Source: an uncultured Gammaproteobacteria bacterium
Lineage (GTDB): Bacteria > Cyanobacteriota > Vampirovibrionia > Gastranaerophilales > CAZEDP01
NCBI GenBank assembly: GCA_964643065.1
Contig: CAZXPD010000004.1
Location: forward strand, 5,098-69,097
Length of the DNA stretch: 64,000 bases
Direction of reading: 5' to 3'
Shown here: piece after piece, positions 34,802-45,850 of the stretch
How the letters are laid out: the number at the start of each line of letters is the position of its first letter
Numbering within the stretch: position 1 is the first letter of the stretch
Made by a program: the position numbers and the translations under genes
The notes under the pieces: generated by a model
Seen by the model: the letters and a program-made list of their open reading frames with translations, nothing else
Databases searched by the model: none
What the model was told of the DNA's origin: nothing

Positions 34802-36565
34802 ATGACTAACAGCAAAAAACGGAATTTTTTAATATTTTTAATAATGGCTCTGTTTGCATTTTTTACAGCCGATGCATCAATTGCGGATACGGGAAAAACT
34901 CAAGAAACAAAGTCTTCTGTGCGAAACATTGATGCCATAGATCCATCACCCGTTAAGAATCCTTGGGGTGCTTATTATCCCGGCTTCAGAGGGGCAAATC
35001 AGCTTATAATTTATACTCCCGAATACGGCGAAAGAACAGGGACCAATGAATTTGGTTTAGAAGCAATCGTCAAAGAGTTAATTGTACAGGATATGAACGG
35101 TTCGGATTCTTTGATTCCGAAAGACGGCTTTGTAATAAGCGGACATGGCAAAGCAAAAACGTGGATAGAGAAGAACATTATACCCGGAGCTTATATAAAA
35201 TACGACAATGCAGCGATGGAGCTTACAAGCGGAATTGAGCCCGAGAGCTATATTTTTTGGGCTGAAAGAAATTTAAAAAAGGTTTGGGAAGTTATAAATT
35301 ATTATAAAGAGACTGATCAGTTTTATGATTACACAGAATCCTCACGTTTAATTGCTGATGCTCAGGAGGATATAGACAACGCAAAAATTTATATCAAACA
35401 GCACGAGATTGAAAAATCTTTACACCTGGCAAAGTCAGCATTAGATTTGACGAATAAAGCTCTGAATTTTGCGCTGCCTGCGAAAGAAGGAGAATTTCAC
35501 GGAATTTGGATAAGACCGACGGAAAAGAAATCTGATGATATTGAAAAAACAGTTCAAAAAATTAAATCTGCGGGTATCGAGAATATTTTTCTGGAAACTT
35601 ATTATCATGGATATACAATTTTCCCGTCTTCAACATTGGAAAATTATAAAGTTCAAAGCCAAAGACAAGAATTTCAGGGATTTGATGCTCTTGCGTCTTG
35701 GATAGAACAGGCACACAAAGAAGGTTTAAAAGTCCATGTTTGGTTTCAGACTTTTTATGTAGGCAATGATGACCTTTCTAAAAATCCGAAACATGTTCTT
35801 TCTGTTTATCCCAAATGGGGCAACAAACAGCGAAGAAGTTACAACGTTGATGCACCATCGCAATCAGCCTCTGAGCATAACGGATATTTTCTGGATCCTG
35901 CTAATGAAGAGGTTCAAACATATCTGAAAAATATCATTGCTGAAATAGTTGCAAAGTATGATATTGACGGAATTAATATTGATTACATCAGATACCCTGC
36001 AAGCATACGTCCTGATTTTCCGGGATTTTTACAGTCCACTTGGGGATATACCGACTATGCAAGGAATGAATTTCAGTCACTTTACGGTGCCGACCCGGCG
36101 GAAATTACTCCTTCAATGTTTGATTTATGGAATAAATGGGTTCAATACCGGCAGAATAAAGTTACTGAATTTGTCAAAAATCTCAAAAATATTGTCAAAG
36201 ACAAACCTATAATTTTATCTGTGGTCATTTTCCCCAACCTGACCGAAGGCAATACAGTTAAGCTTCAGAATTGGCAGGACTGGGGATATAACAAGTATGT
36301 CGATGCCTTTACTCCGTTAATAATAGGAACTGACAGGGAAATAGCGGATACTTATGTTAAGGGAATAATCAATAATTCCGATGAAAGTGTTAAAGTCTAT
36401 GCGGGCTTATTTGAGCCTTTTGTTTCAGCTCCGTCGTCGGATATGCTTTATCAAATTATATCCGCAAGAAATGCAAAAGCTGACGGCATAGTGCTTTTTG
36501 ATTATGCGCATTTATCTGACGAATATATTAAATCTTTAAACAGCAGGATTTTTATTAAACCCTAA
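34802..36565 (+). CDS. Secreted glycoside-hydrolase-like family 10 (GHL10/YngK-like) protein
   Basis: Signal-like N-terminus and a central HGIWIRPT...IENIFLETYYHGYTIFPS...VHVWFQTF pattern. Confidence 0.55.
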   Translation: MTNSKKRNFLIFLIMALFAFFTADASIADTGKTQETKSSVRNIDAIDPSPVKNPWGAYYPGFRGANQLIIYTPEYGERTGTNEFGLEAIVKELIVQDMNGSDSLIPKDGFVISGHGKAKTWIEKNIIPGAYIKYDNAAMELTSGIEPESYIFWAERNLKKVWEVINYYKETDQFYDYTESSRLIADAQEDIDNAKIYIKQHEIEKSLHLAKSALDLTNKALNFALPAKEGEFHGIWIRPTEKKSDDIEKTVQKIKSAGIENIFLETYYHGYTIFPSSTLENYKVQSQRQEFQGFDALASWIEQAHKEGLKVHVWFQTFYVGNDDLSKNPKHVLSVYPKWGNKQRRSYNVDAPSQSASEHNGYFLDPANEEVQTYLKNIIAEIVAKYDIDGINIDYIRYPASIRPDFPGFLQSTWGYTDYARNEFQSLYGADPAEITPSMFDLWNKWVQYRQNKVTEFVKNLKNIVKDKPIILSVVIFPNLTEGNTVKLQNWQDWGYNKYVDAFTPLIIGTDREIADTYVKGIINNSDESVKVYAGLFEPFVSAPSSDMLYQIISARNAKADGIVLFDYAHLSDEYIKSLNSRIFIKP

Positions 36566-36630
36566 ATTTGAGCATAAAAATACGGGTGAATTTATCCCCG
36601 CATTTTTAAGTATGTCATATTGAAATGTGT

Positions 36631-37344
36631 TTAGTTTCCTTTGCCGTTTATGATAATTGATGCTTCGGTCGGTGCTGCAGGCGGAATAGGCATTGGAGGA
36701 GTCTCGGGATTTGCTTCGTTAATATCAGAACAGAAGCCTTTTCCTTTTACCTTCCTTAAAACATCGCAAGCCGTCCTGTAATAATTATCTCCCGCATCAT
36801 TACAAGGGGTGGGGCAATCCAAGTTAATTTCATTTACGATATTCTTAGTGCCGTTTTTATAGTAATTCATGACTTGTTTTCCGATATATTCTCTGCCTTT
36901 ATATTTTTGACTTGTAAGAAGAGTTAAAAAGTATCTTACATCACCGTTTGTCATTGAAGCATCACATTTTTCTTTATCCTCAATACAGTTTTGGATGAGA
37001 AAGTCGCACGCTTTGTTGCCGCCGCCGCTGCAGGCTTCTTTTAATGCATTGAGAGCTAAGTGCATTTTAGCGGGAGTTGATTTTTTTGTATATGAAATTA
37101 AGGCATTGCAGCTTGCTTCCTGATTGTACCTGCATCCCAAAATTGCCGCATTACAGGCAACCGATGCAAGATTTCCGCCTTCTTTAAAAAGACAGTCCTG
37201 AGCATTTTTATCCACATTCACGTCTTCTTTTTTTCTTGTTGACATTACAAGCATGGTTGAACTTATGATTATGCTTACAACAAGCAGTCCTATTAGAATT
37301 TCGACCAAAGAAAACCCTTTTAACCTATAATCTTTTAAATTCAT
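36631..37344 (-). CDS. Prepilin-type N-terminal cleavage/methylation protein with a Cys-rich C-terminal domain
   Basis: KGFSLVEILIGLLVVSIIISS is a class III signal (G|FSLVE). The C-terminal part has about 14 Cys in KAC/EAC..G pairs resembling Sel1/Hcp-like repeats. Confidence 0.75.
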   Translation of the reverse strand: MNLKDYRLKGFSLVEILIGLLVVSIIISSTMLVMSTRKKEDVNVDKNAQDCLFKEGGNLASVACNAAILGCRYNQEASCNALISYTKKSTPAKMHLALNALKEACSGGGNKACDFLIQNCIEDKEKCDASMTNGDVRYFLTLLTSQKYKGREYIGKQVMNYYKNGTKNIVNEINLDCPTPCNDAGDNYYRTACDVLRKVKGKGFCSDINEANPETPPMPIPPAAPTEASIIINGKGN

Positions 37345-37525
37345 ATTATTACCACCTCATAAAATTAAATACATTGTAAATTATTATATAGCATTACCGT
37401 ACAAATATTCTCCGGTTAATTTTACGTCCTTATTTTTTTAAGTATACATTTTTTTTAATATTCAAGGCAAATTATTTATTATAAAAGGGATTTGGATTAG
37501 AATTAAGGAAAGTTAAAACTTACAT

Positions 37526-38164
37526 ATGAAAAATTACTTAAAAAACATTAAAGAAGAAGATTTCTTTTCAAAAGTCAATCTGCATATACACAGCAGTTAC
37601 TCTGACGGCAGATTAGAACCTGCCGAAATTGTTGCTGAGGCAAAGAAACAGGGGCTAAAGTTGATATCGATTACCGACCACAATACTGTTGAAGCCTATC
37701 ATGAAATTGACGTTAACGGGGAAGATGATTTAAAAATCATATCGGGCATTGAATTTGACTGCTGGCATTGTTTAAATATGATTCATATTTTGGGGTACGC
37801 AATAGATATTAACAATGACAAAATCAATAAGCTTTGTTCAAATGACAAACTTGGCAAGAGCTTTGATTTTGTGAGGTTTTTTAACAGGAGAAAAGCCGCT
37901 GATGTTATAAAAGCCATAAAAGATTCCGGCGGAATTGCAATCTTAGCTCACCCTGCGAGTTATTTATGCTTTAACCTTCGCAAACTCATTTTAGAGCTTA
38001 AAGATTTAGGATTAGAAGGAATTGAAGTTTATTATCCTTATTCAGGACATAAAAAACTGACAAAAATCTACTCTAAAGAATATCTTCTTAAGCTTGCCAA
38101 AGAAATGGATTTAACAGTCACCGGCGGGACAGACTGCCACGGAAAAAAACTCGAAACGAGATAA
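37526..38164 (+). CDS. PHP-domain metal-dependent phosphoesterase
   Basis: Contains NLHIHSSYSDG, ISITDHNTV, LAHP and GGTDCHG. Confidence 0.8.
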   Translation: MKNYLKNIKEEDFFSKVNLHIHSSYSDGRLEPAEIVAEAKKQGLKLISITDHNTVEAYHEIDVNGEDDLKIISGIEFDCWHCLNMIHILGYAIDINNDKINKLCSNDKLGKSFDFVRFFNRRKAADVIKAIKDSGGIAILAHPASYLCFNLRKLILELKDLGLEGIEVYYPYSGHKKLTKIYSKEYLLKLAKEMDLTVTGGTDCHGKKLETR

Positions 38165-38168
38165 AGAT

Positions 38169-40658
38169 TTACTCCAAACGAATTGTTTTTAACTCAAAAG
38201 CTTTGATATCAATAGGAATATCGATAGATTTTCTTTTAGACAGTTCTTTTTCAAGCGAATTCACTTCAATATACTTTGAAAAATTCAAGTCAGAATTTAA
38301 AATTATGGTTTGGTTTTTTTCGCTCAGATTTAAAAGCCTAACAACTGCTCCCTTTTGTTTTTTATTTTCAGGCGATTTAACCGCACAAACATAAATATTC
38401 GGATTATCAAAACTGAAAAATTGAGTATTTTTTAATGAAGATTCTTCGGAGCTGATTCCTTCCTTTGCCAAAACACTGCCCATAAAAAAGTCTGCTTCCC
38501 TGAATAATTCTTGCGGATTCTCTGTCAAATACAGCGCATATCTGAAAGTTTGCATTCCATGGCACTGCGCTTCGCGGACTTCAAGAGGGGGACCTGCCGG
38601 AAAAGCCCTTGTTTCCAGATACGCTTTAGAGAGCATGCCGACCGATCTTAGAACAGTGACTGATAATTCATTCTGATTAACTTCATACTCCTGCAAACCT
38701 TCTGTTATAATTCCCAATCCCTGTGACCATACAAACCTCTGCATTGGGAAAGAGTTTGTTTTGAGCTCTTTGTTTTTTTCCGCAGGCATATAATCTTTGA
38801 TGTCATAATCAGGATTAATATTTCTTTTTATCAGTCCTAAATTATTTTCGCTGAGCGTTTCGGTAATTTTGTCTTTGAGCGGGAATTTTAACTTTATTAG
38901 CCTGTCATTAATGCTGTTTTTGAAAGAAACTTCAAATTCTGCTCTTGCGCTTGCAGCCGCGAGGCATATATCAACAATAATGTAGTTATCAAGGGGCTCA
39001 AGCTGATATTTTAATCTCAAAATACTTCTTAATGAGCCCTTTTCATGAATTTCGGAAGAGATAAATTTTGCCTTTTGAGGCTTATCATTTTTAACGGGAC
39101 AGTAATTATACGTATCTCCGACATCTGCAATGCTTTCAATTATATTTATGTTATTGAACGTTAAACCGTCATTCAATATGGCAACATTGATACTGCCGTC
39201 CGAGTTTACATAAATCTGAATTAAAGAATTTGAAAGACGATTTTCGCTTATGCTGACTTCAGCAAATTTGCCGAATTTTGTATTTGGCGTAACTATTTTT
39301 AATGAATGAGGCTTTATATTTTCAACCCAAATGAGATTTTCCGTAAAATCAGCCATATCTTCCATCATCGGTGCCCTGCTGAGGTCATAAAGTACCTCAT
39401 CGGGAAAAACTCTTTTTTTGCTAACTTCTTGCGCGGTCAGATTTTTCGGAAGTTCATTTTTTGTTTTGACTTTAACAACTCCTGAAAATTCGTAATCCGA
39501 AGCATTATAGAGCGCAAAATCTTCCTTATTTATTCCTTTTGCAATTTCATTCAGGCATTTTGAGCTTATCCAATCTGATATCTGAATGACTTTTTCAAAT
39601 CTCAAGACGTTTTCTCTGTGAACTTCATCGATACTGCAACCGCAAATGCTGTCATGAGCGTGGTTTTGCAAAAGAAGTTTCCATGCGTATTCTATTTCGT
39701 TTCTTTTATCGGGACAAATCCCCGCGAATGATGTCAAAGCCTGCAGAGGTTCGGCAATTTTACAGAGTTTATGCGCTGCAATGGCATTTAATTTTTTCAA
39801 ATAAGCTCTTGTGCTGAACGTCCCCGGTAAAATTGCGCTTCGGCTGTTGTCTCTCAATTCGCCTTTAAATGTTTCGATTTCATCAGGGTTATATTTTACC
39901 TCTTTTAAGTATTTGAAGATTGAGCCCGATTCCAGGCTGAAATCATCATTGATTTTGCTTATTTCTTTTAACTGCCGGTCAAAATCCCCAACAATTCCTA
40001 TGTGGTCACCGCCCGCAGGGACAAGAATTTTATCGGTAACTGCAAATTTCTTAAGATTTTCAATTAAATTTTTTATATGAACTGTTTTCTCTTTTGACGG
40101 AATATCTTTTGAAAAAATATCCTGAAAATATCCTTCGGTCAGATTTAAAGCTAATACTGAAGCTCCGTCTTCAGATGTCCATCGGAACAGATTTTTTAAT
40201 TCACCTGCTCCTCTCCATAAAACAGCATTTTTTAATCCGAATGAATTTAATATTGAAGGCATATTAGAGTTATGCCCGAACGAATCCGGCATGTATCCGA
40301 TGAAATCTTTGCATCTTAGTTTCTTGGCGGAATTTATTCCAATCAGGAGATTTCTGATAAGGCTTTCGCCCGAAACAAGAAACTCATCGGGAAGAGAGTA
40401 CCACGGACCAACAAAAAGCCTCTTTTTTTTGATTAATTTCTTTATTTTTTCAAGTTTATCAGGATAAATTTCAAGGTAATCATCAATAACAACAGTCTGT
40501 CCGTCGAGATAAAAAGATTTGATTTTGTTTTGCTCGAGCTGACTGATAATCTCGTCAACAGCTTCGATAAGCCTAAGACGAAATTCCTCAAAAGTCCTGT
40601 ACCACTCCCTGTCCCAGTGCGTGTGGGCAAATATCAAAATTTTGTCTTTTTTAGTCAT
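38169..40658 (-). CDS. Glycoside hydrolase family 38 (alpha-mannosidase / mannosylglycerate hydrolase-like)
   Basis: N-terminal FAHTHWDREWY, and a size of 829 aa typical of GH38. Confidence 0.8.
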   Translation of the reverse strand: MTKKDKILIFAHTHWDREWYRTFEEFRLRLIEAVDEIISQLEQNKIKSFYLDGQTVVIDDYLEIYPDKLEKIKKLIKKKRLFVGPWYSLPDEFLVSGESLIRNLLIGINSAKKLRCKDFIGYMPDSFGHNSNMPSILNSFGLKNAVLWRGAGELKNLFRWTSEDGASVLALNLTEGYFQDIFSKDIPSKEKTVHIKNLIENLKKFAVTDKILVPAGGDHIGIVGDFDRQLKEISKINDDFSLESGSIFKYLKEVKYNPDEIETFKGELRDNSRSAILPGTFSTRAYLKKLNAIAAHKLCKIAEPLQALTSFAGICPDKRNEIEYAWKLLLQNHAHDSICGCSIDEVHRENVLRFEKVIQISDWISSKCLNEIAKGINKEDFALYNASDYEFSGVVKVKTKNELPKNLTAQEVSKKRVFPDEVLYDLSRAPMMEDMADFTENLIWVENIKPHSLKIVTPNTKFGKFAEVSISENRLSNSLIQIYVNSDGSINVAILNDGLTFNNINIIESIADVGDTYNYCPVKNDKPQKAKFISSEIHEKGSLRSILRLKYQLEPLDNYIIVDICLAAASARAEFEVSFKNSINDRLIKLKFPLKDKITETLSENNLGLIKRNINPDYDIKDYMPAEKNKELKTNSFPMQRFVWSQGLGIITEGLQEYEVNQNELSVTVLRSVGMLSKAYLETRAFPAGPPLEVREAQCHGMQTFRYALYLTENPQELFREADFFMGSVLAKEGISSEESSLKNTQFFSFDNPNIYVCAVKSPENKKQKGAVVRLLNLSEKNQTIILNSDLNFSKYIEVNSLEKELSKRKSIDIPIDIKAFELKTIRLE

Positions 40659-40736
40659 GATTTATAGGTTATTAATTAAATAATCCCCATTATACAAATT
40701 TTTGTACTAATAAACTATTGATAAAAATGGATTAAC

Positions 40737-40988
40737 TTATCCCTTCTTTTTATTTCTCCAAAAAAACGGTAGAAACAGCCCGCCGAATAATATCGGCAGA
40801 CCAAAGCCGCTTATAATTGCCGTTATAATAAATGTAATCCCCAGCGATATTACTATGCCCTTTATAAGAGCAGACTTATCGAGTTCAAATTTCGTTTCTC
40901 GATTATTTTCAAATATGACCGGATTGCCGCAGTAATCGCAAAACCTGCTGTCATCTTTTAATTCTCTCCGGCAATATTTGCAGTTCAT
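40737..40988 (-). CDS. Zinc-ribbon membrane protein
   Basis: CKYCRREL...CDYCGNP followed by two hydrophobic segments. Confidence 0.6.
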   Translation of the reverse strand: MNCKYCRRELKDDSRFCDYCGNPVIFENNRETKFELDKSALIKGIVISLGITFIITAIISGFGLPILFGGLFLPFFWRNKKKG

Positions 40989-41215
40989 AATTTAACCCTT
41001 TCAATATAAATATACTGCCCTTTTATGATAAAGAAAATATCCTGACAGTTTAATATAACATTAGTTGCAGAGGGAACAATACCAATCTGTTTTCCTGAAT
41101 ATGGAATCCGAAATTGGGATTATAAAGGGCGGAGCCCTTTATCTGCTTGAGGGAGGAAGGTGGGTATAGAAACAAAATTACGTTATTAACTGTAAGTTGC
41201 CATAAGGAGCTATAA

Positions 41216-42193
41216 ATGTTCGAAAACCAAGACACAATTAAAATTCTATCCATAGACGGCGGTGGAATGAGAGGCATTATACCCGCTATGATACTGGCAG
41301 AAATCGAAAAGAAAAAGCAGAAAAGCATATACGAGCTTTTTGATTTTTTTGCCGGCACTTCAACGGGCGGGATAATTTCGCTGCTGTTAAATAAACCAAA
41401 TCCCCTGCCTGCTAAAGATATTATTGCCCTCTACAATAATGACGGAGTAAATACTATTTTTAAAAAGAATCTGCTTACTTCACTAAAGTTTTATCTGGCA
41501 GGGAAAAAATACAATAAAAAGGGAATAGAAACTGTTCTGAGCGAAAAATTCGAAACCTGCTGCCTTAAAGATTCGTTAAAGCCTGTCTTGATTCCGTCAT
41601 ACGAAACCCAAACGAGAGATGCGGTTTTCTTTAACAGCTACGAAGAAATGTACGCTGATATATGCATGAAGGACGTAGCAAGGGCTACTTCGTCAGCCCC
41701 GACTTACTTTGAACCCGTTCACTTGCAGGGCATAGGAACGCTTATTGACGGAGGAATTGCGGCAAATAACCCTGCAATGTGCGCTTATATAGAAGTAATT
41801 AAACTCATGAACCGTGCTTCAATTGACTGGACAAAGAAAAAAATAGTTATGGTTTCATTGGGAACGGGGACTCAAACTGTCTCAATCAAATACGATGAAA
41901 TTAAAAAATGGAACCTTTTAGACTGGATTAAAGGACCTCTAATTTCTTCATTCTTTGACGGCAGCAATGATACCGTTCAGCATCAGCTTAAAATACTTTT
42001 GCCACAAGACTGCTATTATCGTTTTCAGCTCGAACTTCCTAATGAAAAGGGCGCTGATGAACTCGATAATACAGATGTTAAGTATTTAGCGGAATTAACC
42101 GAACTTACACAGCAGTATATTCAAAAAGACACAATACACCAATCGCCGGTCGGCTGGAAGTCTATGCTTGAAAGGCTGTTAAATAACCTCTAA
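41216..42193 (+). CDS. Patatin-like phospholipase
   Basis: Contains the motifs GGGMRG, GTSTGG and DGGIAANNP. Confidence 0.9.
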   Translation: MFENQDTIKILSIDGGGMRGIIPAMILAEIEKKKQKSIYELFDFFAGTSTGGIISLLLNKPNPLPAKDIIALYNNDGVNTIFKKNLLTSLKFYLAGKKYNKKGIETVLSEKFETCCLKDSLKPVLIPSYETQTRDAVFFNSYEEMYADICMKDVARATSSAPTYFEPVHLQGIGTLIDGGIAANNPAMCAYIEVIKLMNRASIDWTKKKIVMVSLGTGTQTVSIKYDEIKKWNLLDWIKGPLISSFFDGSNDTVQHQLKILLPQDCYYRFQLELPNEKGADELDNTDVKYLAELTELTQQYIQKDTIHQSPVGWKSMLERLLNNL

Positions 42194-42976
42194 TTTAGAT
42201 TGAATTTTGTTCTTTGCCGTCTTAACTATAAATTCATTTAGCATTTCGAAATCAATTACTTGACCGACTGTATTGGCAGGTAGGGAATTATTGTCGCCTA
42301 CCAAAATACCGGAGCCGTTGTGATTTATTGTTTCTTTAATTGCGGAAATGTCGGTAATATCATCCCCGAAATATACGGGGAAACAGTCAGGGAAAAAACT
42401 AATCAAATGATTGACAGCTTTATCCTTGCTAAAGCCGGCAGGTAAAATTTCAAGGACTTTTTTTCCTGGCTGCAAAATAAATTCATTATGCGAATTGTAA
42501 AAATTAAAAATATCTTTAACAATCCTAAGTATATCTTCTACGGCATTATTTTCAGCCAGCCTGTAATGCACTGCAACCGAAAGCCCTTTGTTTTCAAGAA
42601 TAATCCCTTTGTAAACAGTTAATTCTTTTTCAAGCGTTTTAGAGATTTCACAAATTTTGTTCTTTTGTGTCTCGGATGAATAATCGTGAATTTCACCCTC
42701 AACCTGTGTTTGCCCTCCGTGTAAACCGAAAAGGATAATATGCATTGACGTTATTCCCGATAATTGTTTTAGAGTTTCTATATCTCTGCCTGATATGATT
42801 GCAATTTTTATCAAATCATTTTCGGCAATAGCTTCAAGAGCTTTTTTTGTTTTATCATCCATTATTGCCAGTTCCGGTTTTTCGACAATCGGAGTTAAAG
42901 TTCCGTCATAGTCAAACATCAGCAAAACTTTTTCACGGTTGTTAATTTTTTTAGAGATTTCTTCAGTTATGTTCAT
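42179..42976 (-). CDS. otsB: Trehalose-phosphate phosphatase (HAD family)
   Basis: MFDYDGTLTPIV and GDDITD, in an operon with otsA. Confidence 0.75.
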   Translation of the reverse strand: MNITEEISKKINNREKVLLMFDYDGTLTPIVEKPELAIMDDKTKKALEAIAENDLIKIAIISGRDIETLKQLSGITSMHIILFGLHGGQTQVEGEIHDYSSETQKNKICEISKTLEKELTVYKGIILENKGLSVAVHYRLAENNAVEDILRIVKDIFNFYNSHNEFILQPGKKVLEILPAGFSKDKAVNHLISFFPDCFPVYFGDDITDISAIKETINHNGSGILVGDNNSLPANTVGQVIDFEMLNEFIVKTAKNKIQSKLEVI

Positions 42977-44241
42977 TGCTCTAATTTCCTGAACAGGTTG
43001 ATAAAATCTTCCAGTTCTCTTATGACAATAAATTTTTCTTTTACGATTTGTTTTCCCGCTTCTCCCATTTTTTTGCCGAGTTCGGGATGTTGCAGCAGGT
43101 ATAATGTTCGCTCGGTTGCTTCCTGAATATTTGATACGAGATAGCCGTTAACGCCGTCTTGAATTTGAAGTTTAATTCCGCCGACATTTCCGCCTACAAC
43201 AGGTTTGCCTTTCCATAACGCTTCCGATACGGTTAAGCCAAAGCCCTCTTTCAGAGATTTTTGCAAAACAACGTCAGAAGCATACTGGAATGCTTTAACT
43301 GCAACGTCGCCAACGTTATGGAAGTTTGTATATACGTTTAAATCAAAATCTTCACCGGCTTTTCTCATGACTCTGTCGTAAATCAGCCAGCCTTCAGGGT
43401 CATCATTAGCCATACTGCCGACAAGAATCAGCTGCAAACCTTTAATTCCTTTTTGAACCTGTCCCTGTTTAATGTTTCTGTAAACATCAATAACCCCGAG
43501 AGGGTCTTTCCACGGGTCAAACCTGGATATTTGCGAGATAATAGGTCTATCGGGGTCAATATTGTAGCTTATCATAAGATTTCTGACTTCTTCTTCTGAC
43601 ATTTCGCTGTTTTTCGGGCTTAACGGGTCAATAGAGGGGGGAATAAAAGTAAGATTTTTAAAATCGGCATTTTCGTTTACAAATTCATCCAAAGTGAAGA
43701 TAACGGCTTCAAAATTTTGCATAAACGGATACAAAAATTCCCATGTTTCTTTATTGGGTTCGGATGTGTCAATATGGCATCTCCAAATGCTCTTTGAAAT
43801 AGGCGCATTGATATATTGTCTCATCCCGATAGTTTGAGGGTCATGAAAAATCACAAAATCATAACTTTCTGCAATCATTTTGGCATTTTCCCGGACGGTA
43901 TCAATGTATATTTCTTTCATTTCTTCGGTAATTAAAACATTGCTGCCCTGAAGGGTGTTATGAAGAATTTTGGTCACATCAAAAAATTCAGGTTTTGCTC
44001 TCATTACGTGCCATTCTGTTGATATTCCCAAATCCTGCATAAGAGCAACCTGAGTTTTTAAAAGTTCCGAAACCCCACCGCCGAATGCTGTCGCATTTAG
44101 GTTAAGCACCTTTTTGTTTTGCAGGGGCTTGGCAAGTTCCCTCAAATGTTTTATTCTTTCTTCTCCGACAATCGGAATATAATCATCAAGACTTCTTGGG
44201 GTGACCCTTACTTCCTGTAATCCTTTTGCTAATTCTGTCAT
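42973..44241 (-). CDS. GT4 glycosyltransferase, TreT-like trehalose synthase
   Basis: LNATAFGGGVSELL near the N-terminus and a C-terminal EGFGLTVSEALWKGKPVV (E-x7-E region). It overlaps the start of otsB by 4 nt. Confidence 0.55.
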   Translation of the reverse strand: MTELAKGLQEVRVTPRSLDDYIPIVGEERIKHLRELAKPLQNKKVLNLNATAFGGGVSELLKTQVALMQDLGISTEWHVMRAKPEFFDVTKILHNTLQGSNVLITEEMKEIYIDTVRENAKMIAESYDFVIFHDPQTIGMRQYINAPISKSIWRCHIDTSEPNKETWEFLYPFMQNFEAVIFTLDEFVNENADFKNLTFIPPSIDPLSPKNSEMSEEEVRNLMISYNIDPDRPIISQISRFDPWKDPLGVIDVYRNIKQGQVQKGIKGLQLILVGSMANDDPEGWLIYDRVMRKAGEDFDLNVYTNFHNVGDVAVKAFQYASDVVLQKSLKEGFGLTVSEALWKGKPVVGGNVGGIKLQIQDGVNGYLVSNIQEATERTLYLLQHPELGKKMGEAGKQIVKEKFIVIRELEDFINLFRKLEQ

Positions 44242-44259
44242 TAGAAACTCCTTTTTATA

Positions 44260-45624
44260 TTAACCAAGTTTTTCAAGAAAACTGTCGAGCCATTTAAAAA
44301 TGTCATTTTCCTCAACATAGCTTCTTAATTTTTCCATTACGATAAACTTTTCCTCATCGCTGGTTTTAATAACCTGCGATATAGAATTTGATATGGATGT
44401 AACATCGTAGGGATTTATCAGGTATTTATAAGGCATTTCTTCAGCAACGCCGGTAAATTCGCTCAATATCAACTGTCCTTTATTATTAATTTTTGAAGCA
44501 ACATACTCTTTTGCCACAAGGTTTAAACCGTCTCTGAGAGCGGAAACTATAATGAAATCGGCTAATCTGTAATATGCAACCAGTTTATCGAATTTTAAGT
44601 TTGAGTAAATGTAATGTATCGGGCTCCATCCTTCTCTTGAAAACTTTCCGTTTATCCTTCCGACAATTTCATCCGTTCTTTTTTTAATTTTTATATAGTC
44701 CTGAACATTTGTCCTTGACGGAACGGCAATTTGAATAAAAGAAATTTTCTTTATGTATTCGGGGTTCTTATCAAGAAAATATTCCAGTCCCAGAAATTTT
44801 TCTATTAAACCTTTTGTATAATCCAGTCTGTCAACGCCGAGTCCGATAATCTGTCCTGCAAAAATTTCCTGCAGTTCTGCCAGAGATTGCTCTGTTGTTT
44901 CACTCTGCGCAATTTTTTGAATTTCCTTAAAATCAATGCTTATAGGCATAGCTTCAACCTTTGAAACACGCTCGTTATAAAATATTTTATTTCCTTTGAC
45001 TTTTGCCTGACTGTTTAAAATAGATTCTACACATTCTAAGAAATGTTTTTTGTAACTTTCTGTATGAAATCCTATTAAATCACAGTTTATAAGGCTTTCA
45101 AGAATTTCCGACCTCTTAGGAAAAATTCGATAAATCTCAAAATCAGGAAAAGGTATGTGCAGGAAAAATCCTATTTTATTTTCAACGCCTTTTTCTCTGA
45201 GCATTTTGGGCAAAAGCATCAATTGATAATCATGAATCCAAATTCTGTCGTTAGGTTCAAGTATATCTGCAATCTGGTTGGCAAATTTTTGATTTACCTG
45301 CTTGTAAAAGGGCCAGTCTTTGGTATCGAGCTTATATCTTGTCGGAAAGTAATGAAACAATGGCCATATTTGAGTATTGCAAAACCCTTCATAATAATGT
45401 TTGTTTTCATTTTTGGTTAATTTTACCTGTCTGACGGGATAAGGGAGCTCAATGCCGTAATCCTCCAAAGCTTTTTCTCCCCCGCAAACCCATATTCCTT
45501 GATTATTTTTCATTATCGGGTCAAGTGCGGCAACGAGTCCGCCGGGAGACTTCTCTATAATTACTTCATCTTTAGGCTTTTTTATATCGTATGGAGCCCT
45601 ATTTGTTGCTATTATTAGCCGCAT
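44260..45624 (-). CDS. otsA: Trehalose-6-phosphate synthase (GT20)
   Basis: LIIATNRAPY...SPGGLVAAL...IWIHDYQLMLLP...LRDGLNLVAKEY. ATG 45624 has GGAAGGA upstream (the track starts at TTG 45642). Confidence 0.85.
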   Translation of the reverse strand: MRLIIATNRAPYDIKKPKDEVIIEKSPGGLVAALDPIMKNNQGIWVCGGEKALEDYGIELPYPVRQVKLTKNENKHYYEGFCNTQIWPLFHYFPTRYKLDTKDWPFYKQVNQKFANQIADILEPNDRIWIHDYQLMLLPKMLREKGVENKIGFFLHIPFPDFEIYRIFPKRSEILESLINCDLIGFHTESYKKHFLECVESILNSQAKVKGNKIFYNERVSKVEAMPISIDFKEIQKIAQSETTEQSLAELQEIFAGQIIGLGVDRLDYTKGLIEKFLGLEYFLDKNPEYIKKISFIQIAVPSRTNVQDYIKIKKRTDEIVGRINGKFSREGWSPIHYIYSNLKFDKLVAYYRLADFIIVSALRDGLNLVAKEYVASKINNKGQLILSEFTGVAEEMPYKYLINPYDVTSISNSISQVIKTSDEEKFIVMEKLRSYVEENDIFKWLDSFLEKLG

Positions 45625-45850
45625 AAAAATTTTCCTTCCCAAATAAGTACGGAAATGCTTTAAACAAACATTTTCTCAATAAATTCAGATAACGGGTTAT
45701 TTAATTAAGCGGACAAACATTAATATCTCTAACTACTTCATATTATAAATCAAAATCTGACAACTTTATTATATACCATAAGTTGCTAGTTGGCAATATG
45801 TGCTGAATGACTGACTTTCAGGGGCATGATAACAATATATAAAACAAATT

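Noticed and set aside
41050-41358. 102-aa minus-strand ORF
   Set aside because: It overlaps the 5' end of the well-supported patatin gene (41216..42193) in antisense, and has no RBS or recognisable features.
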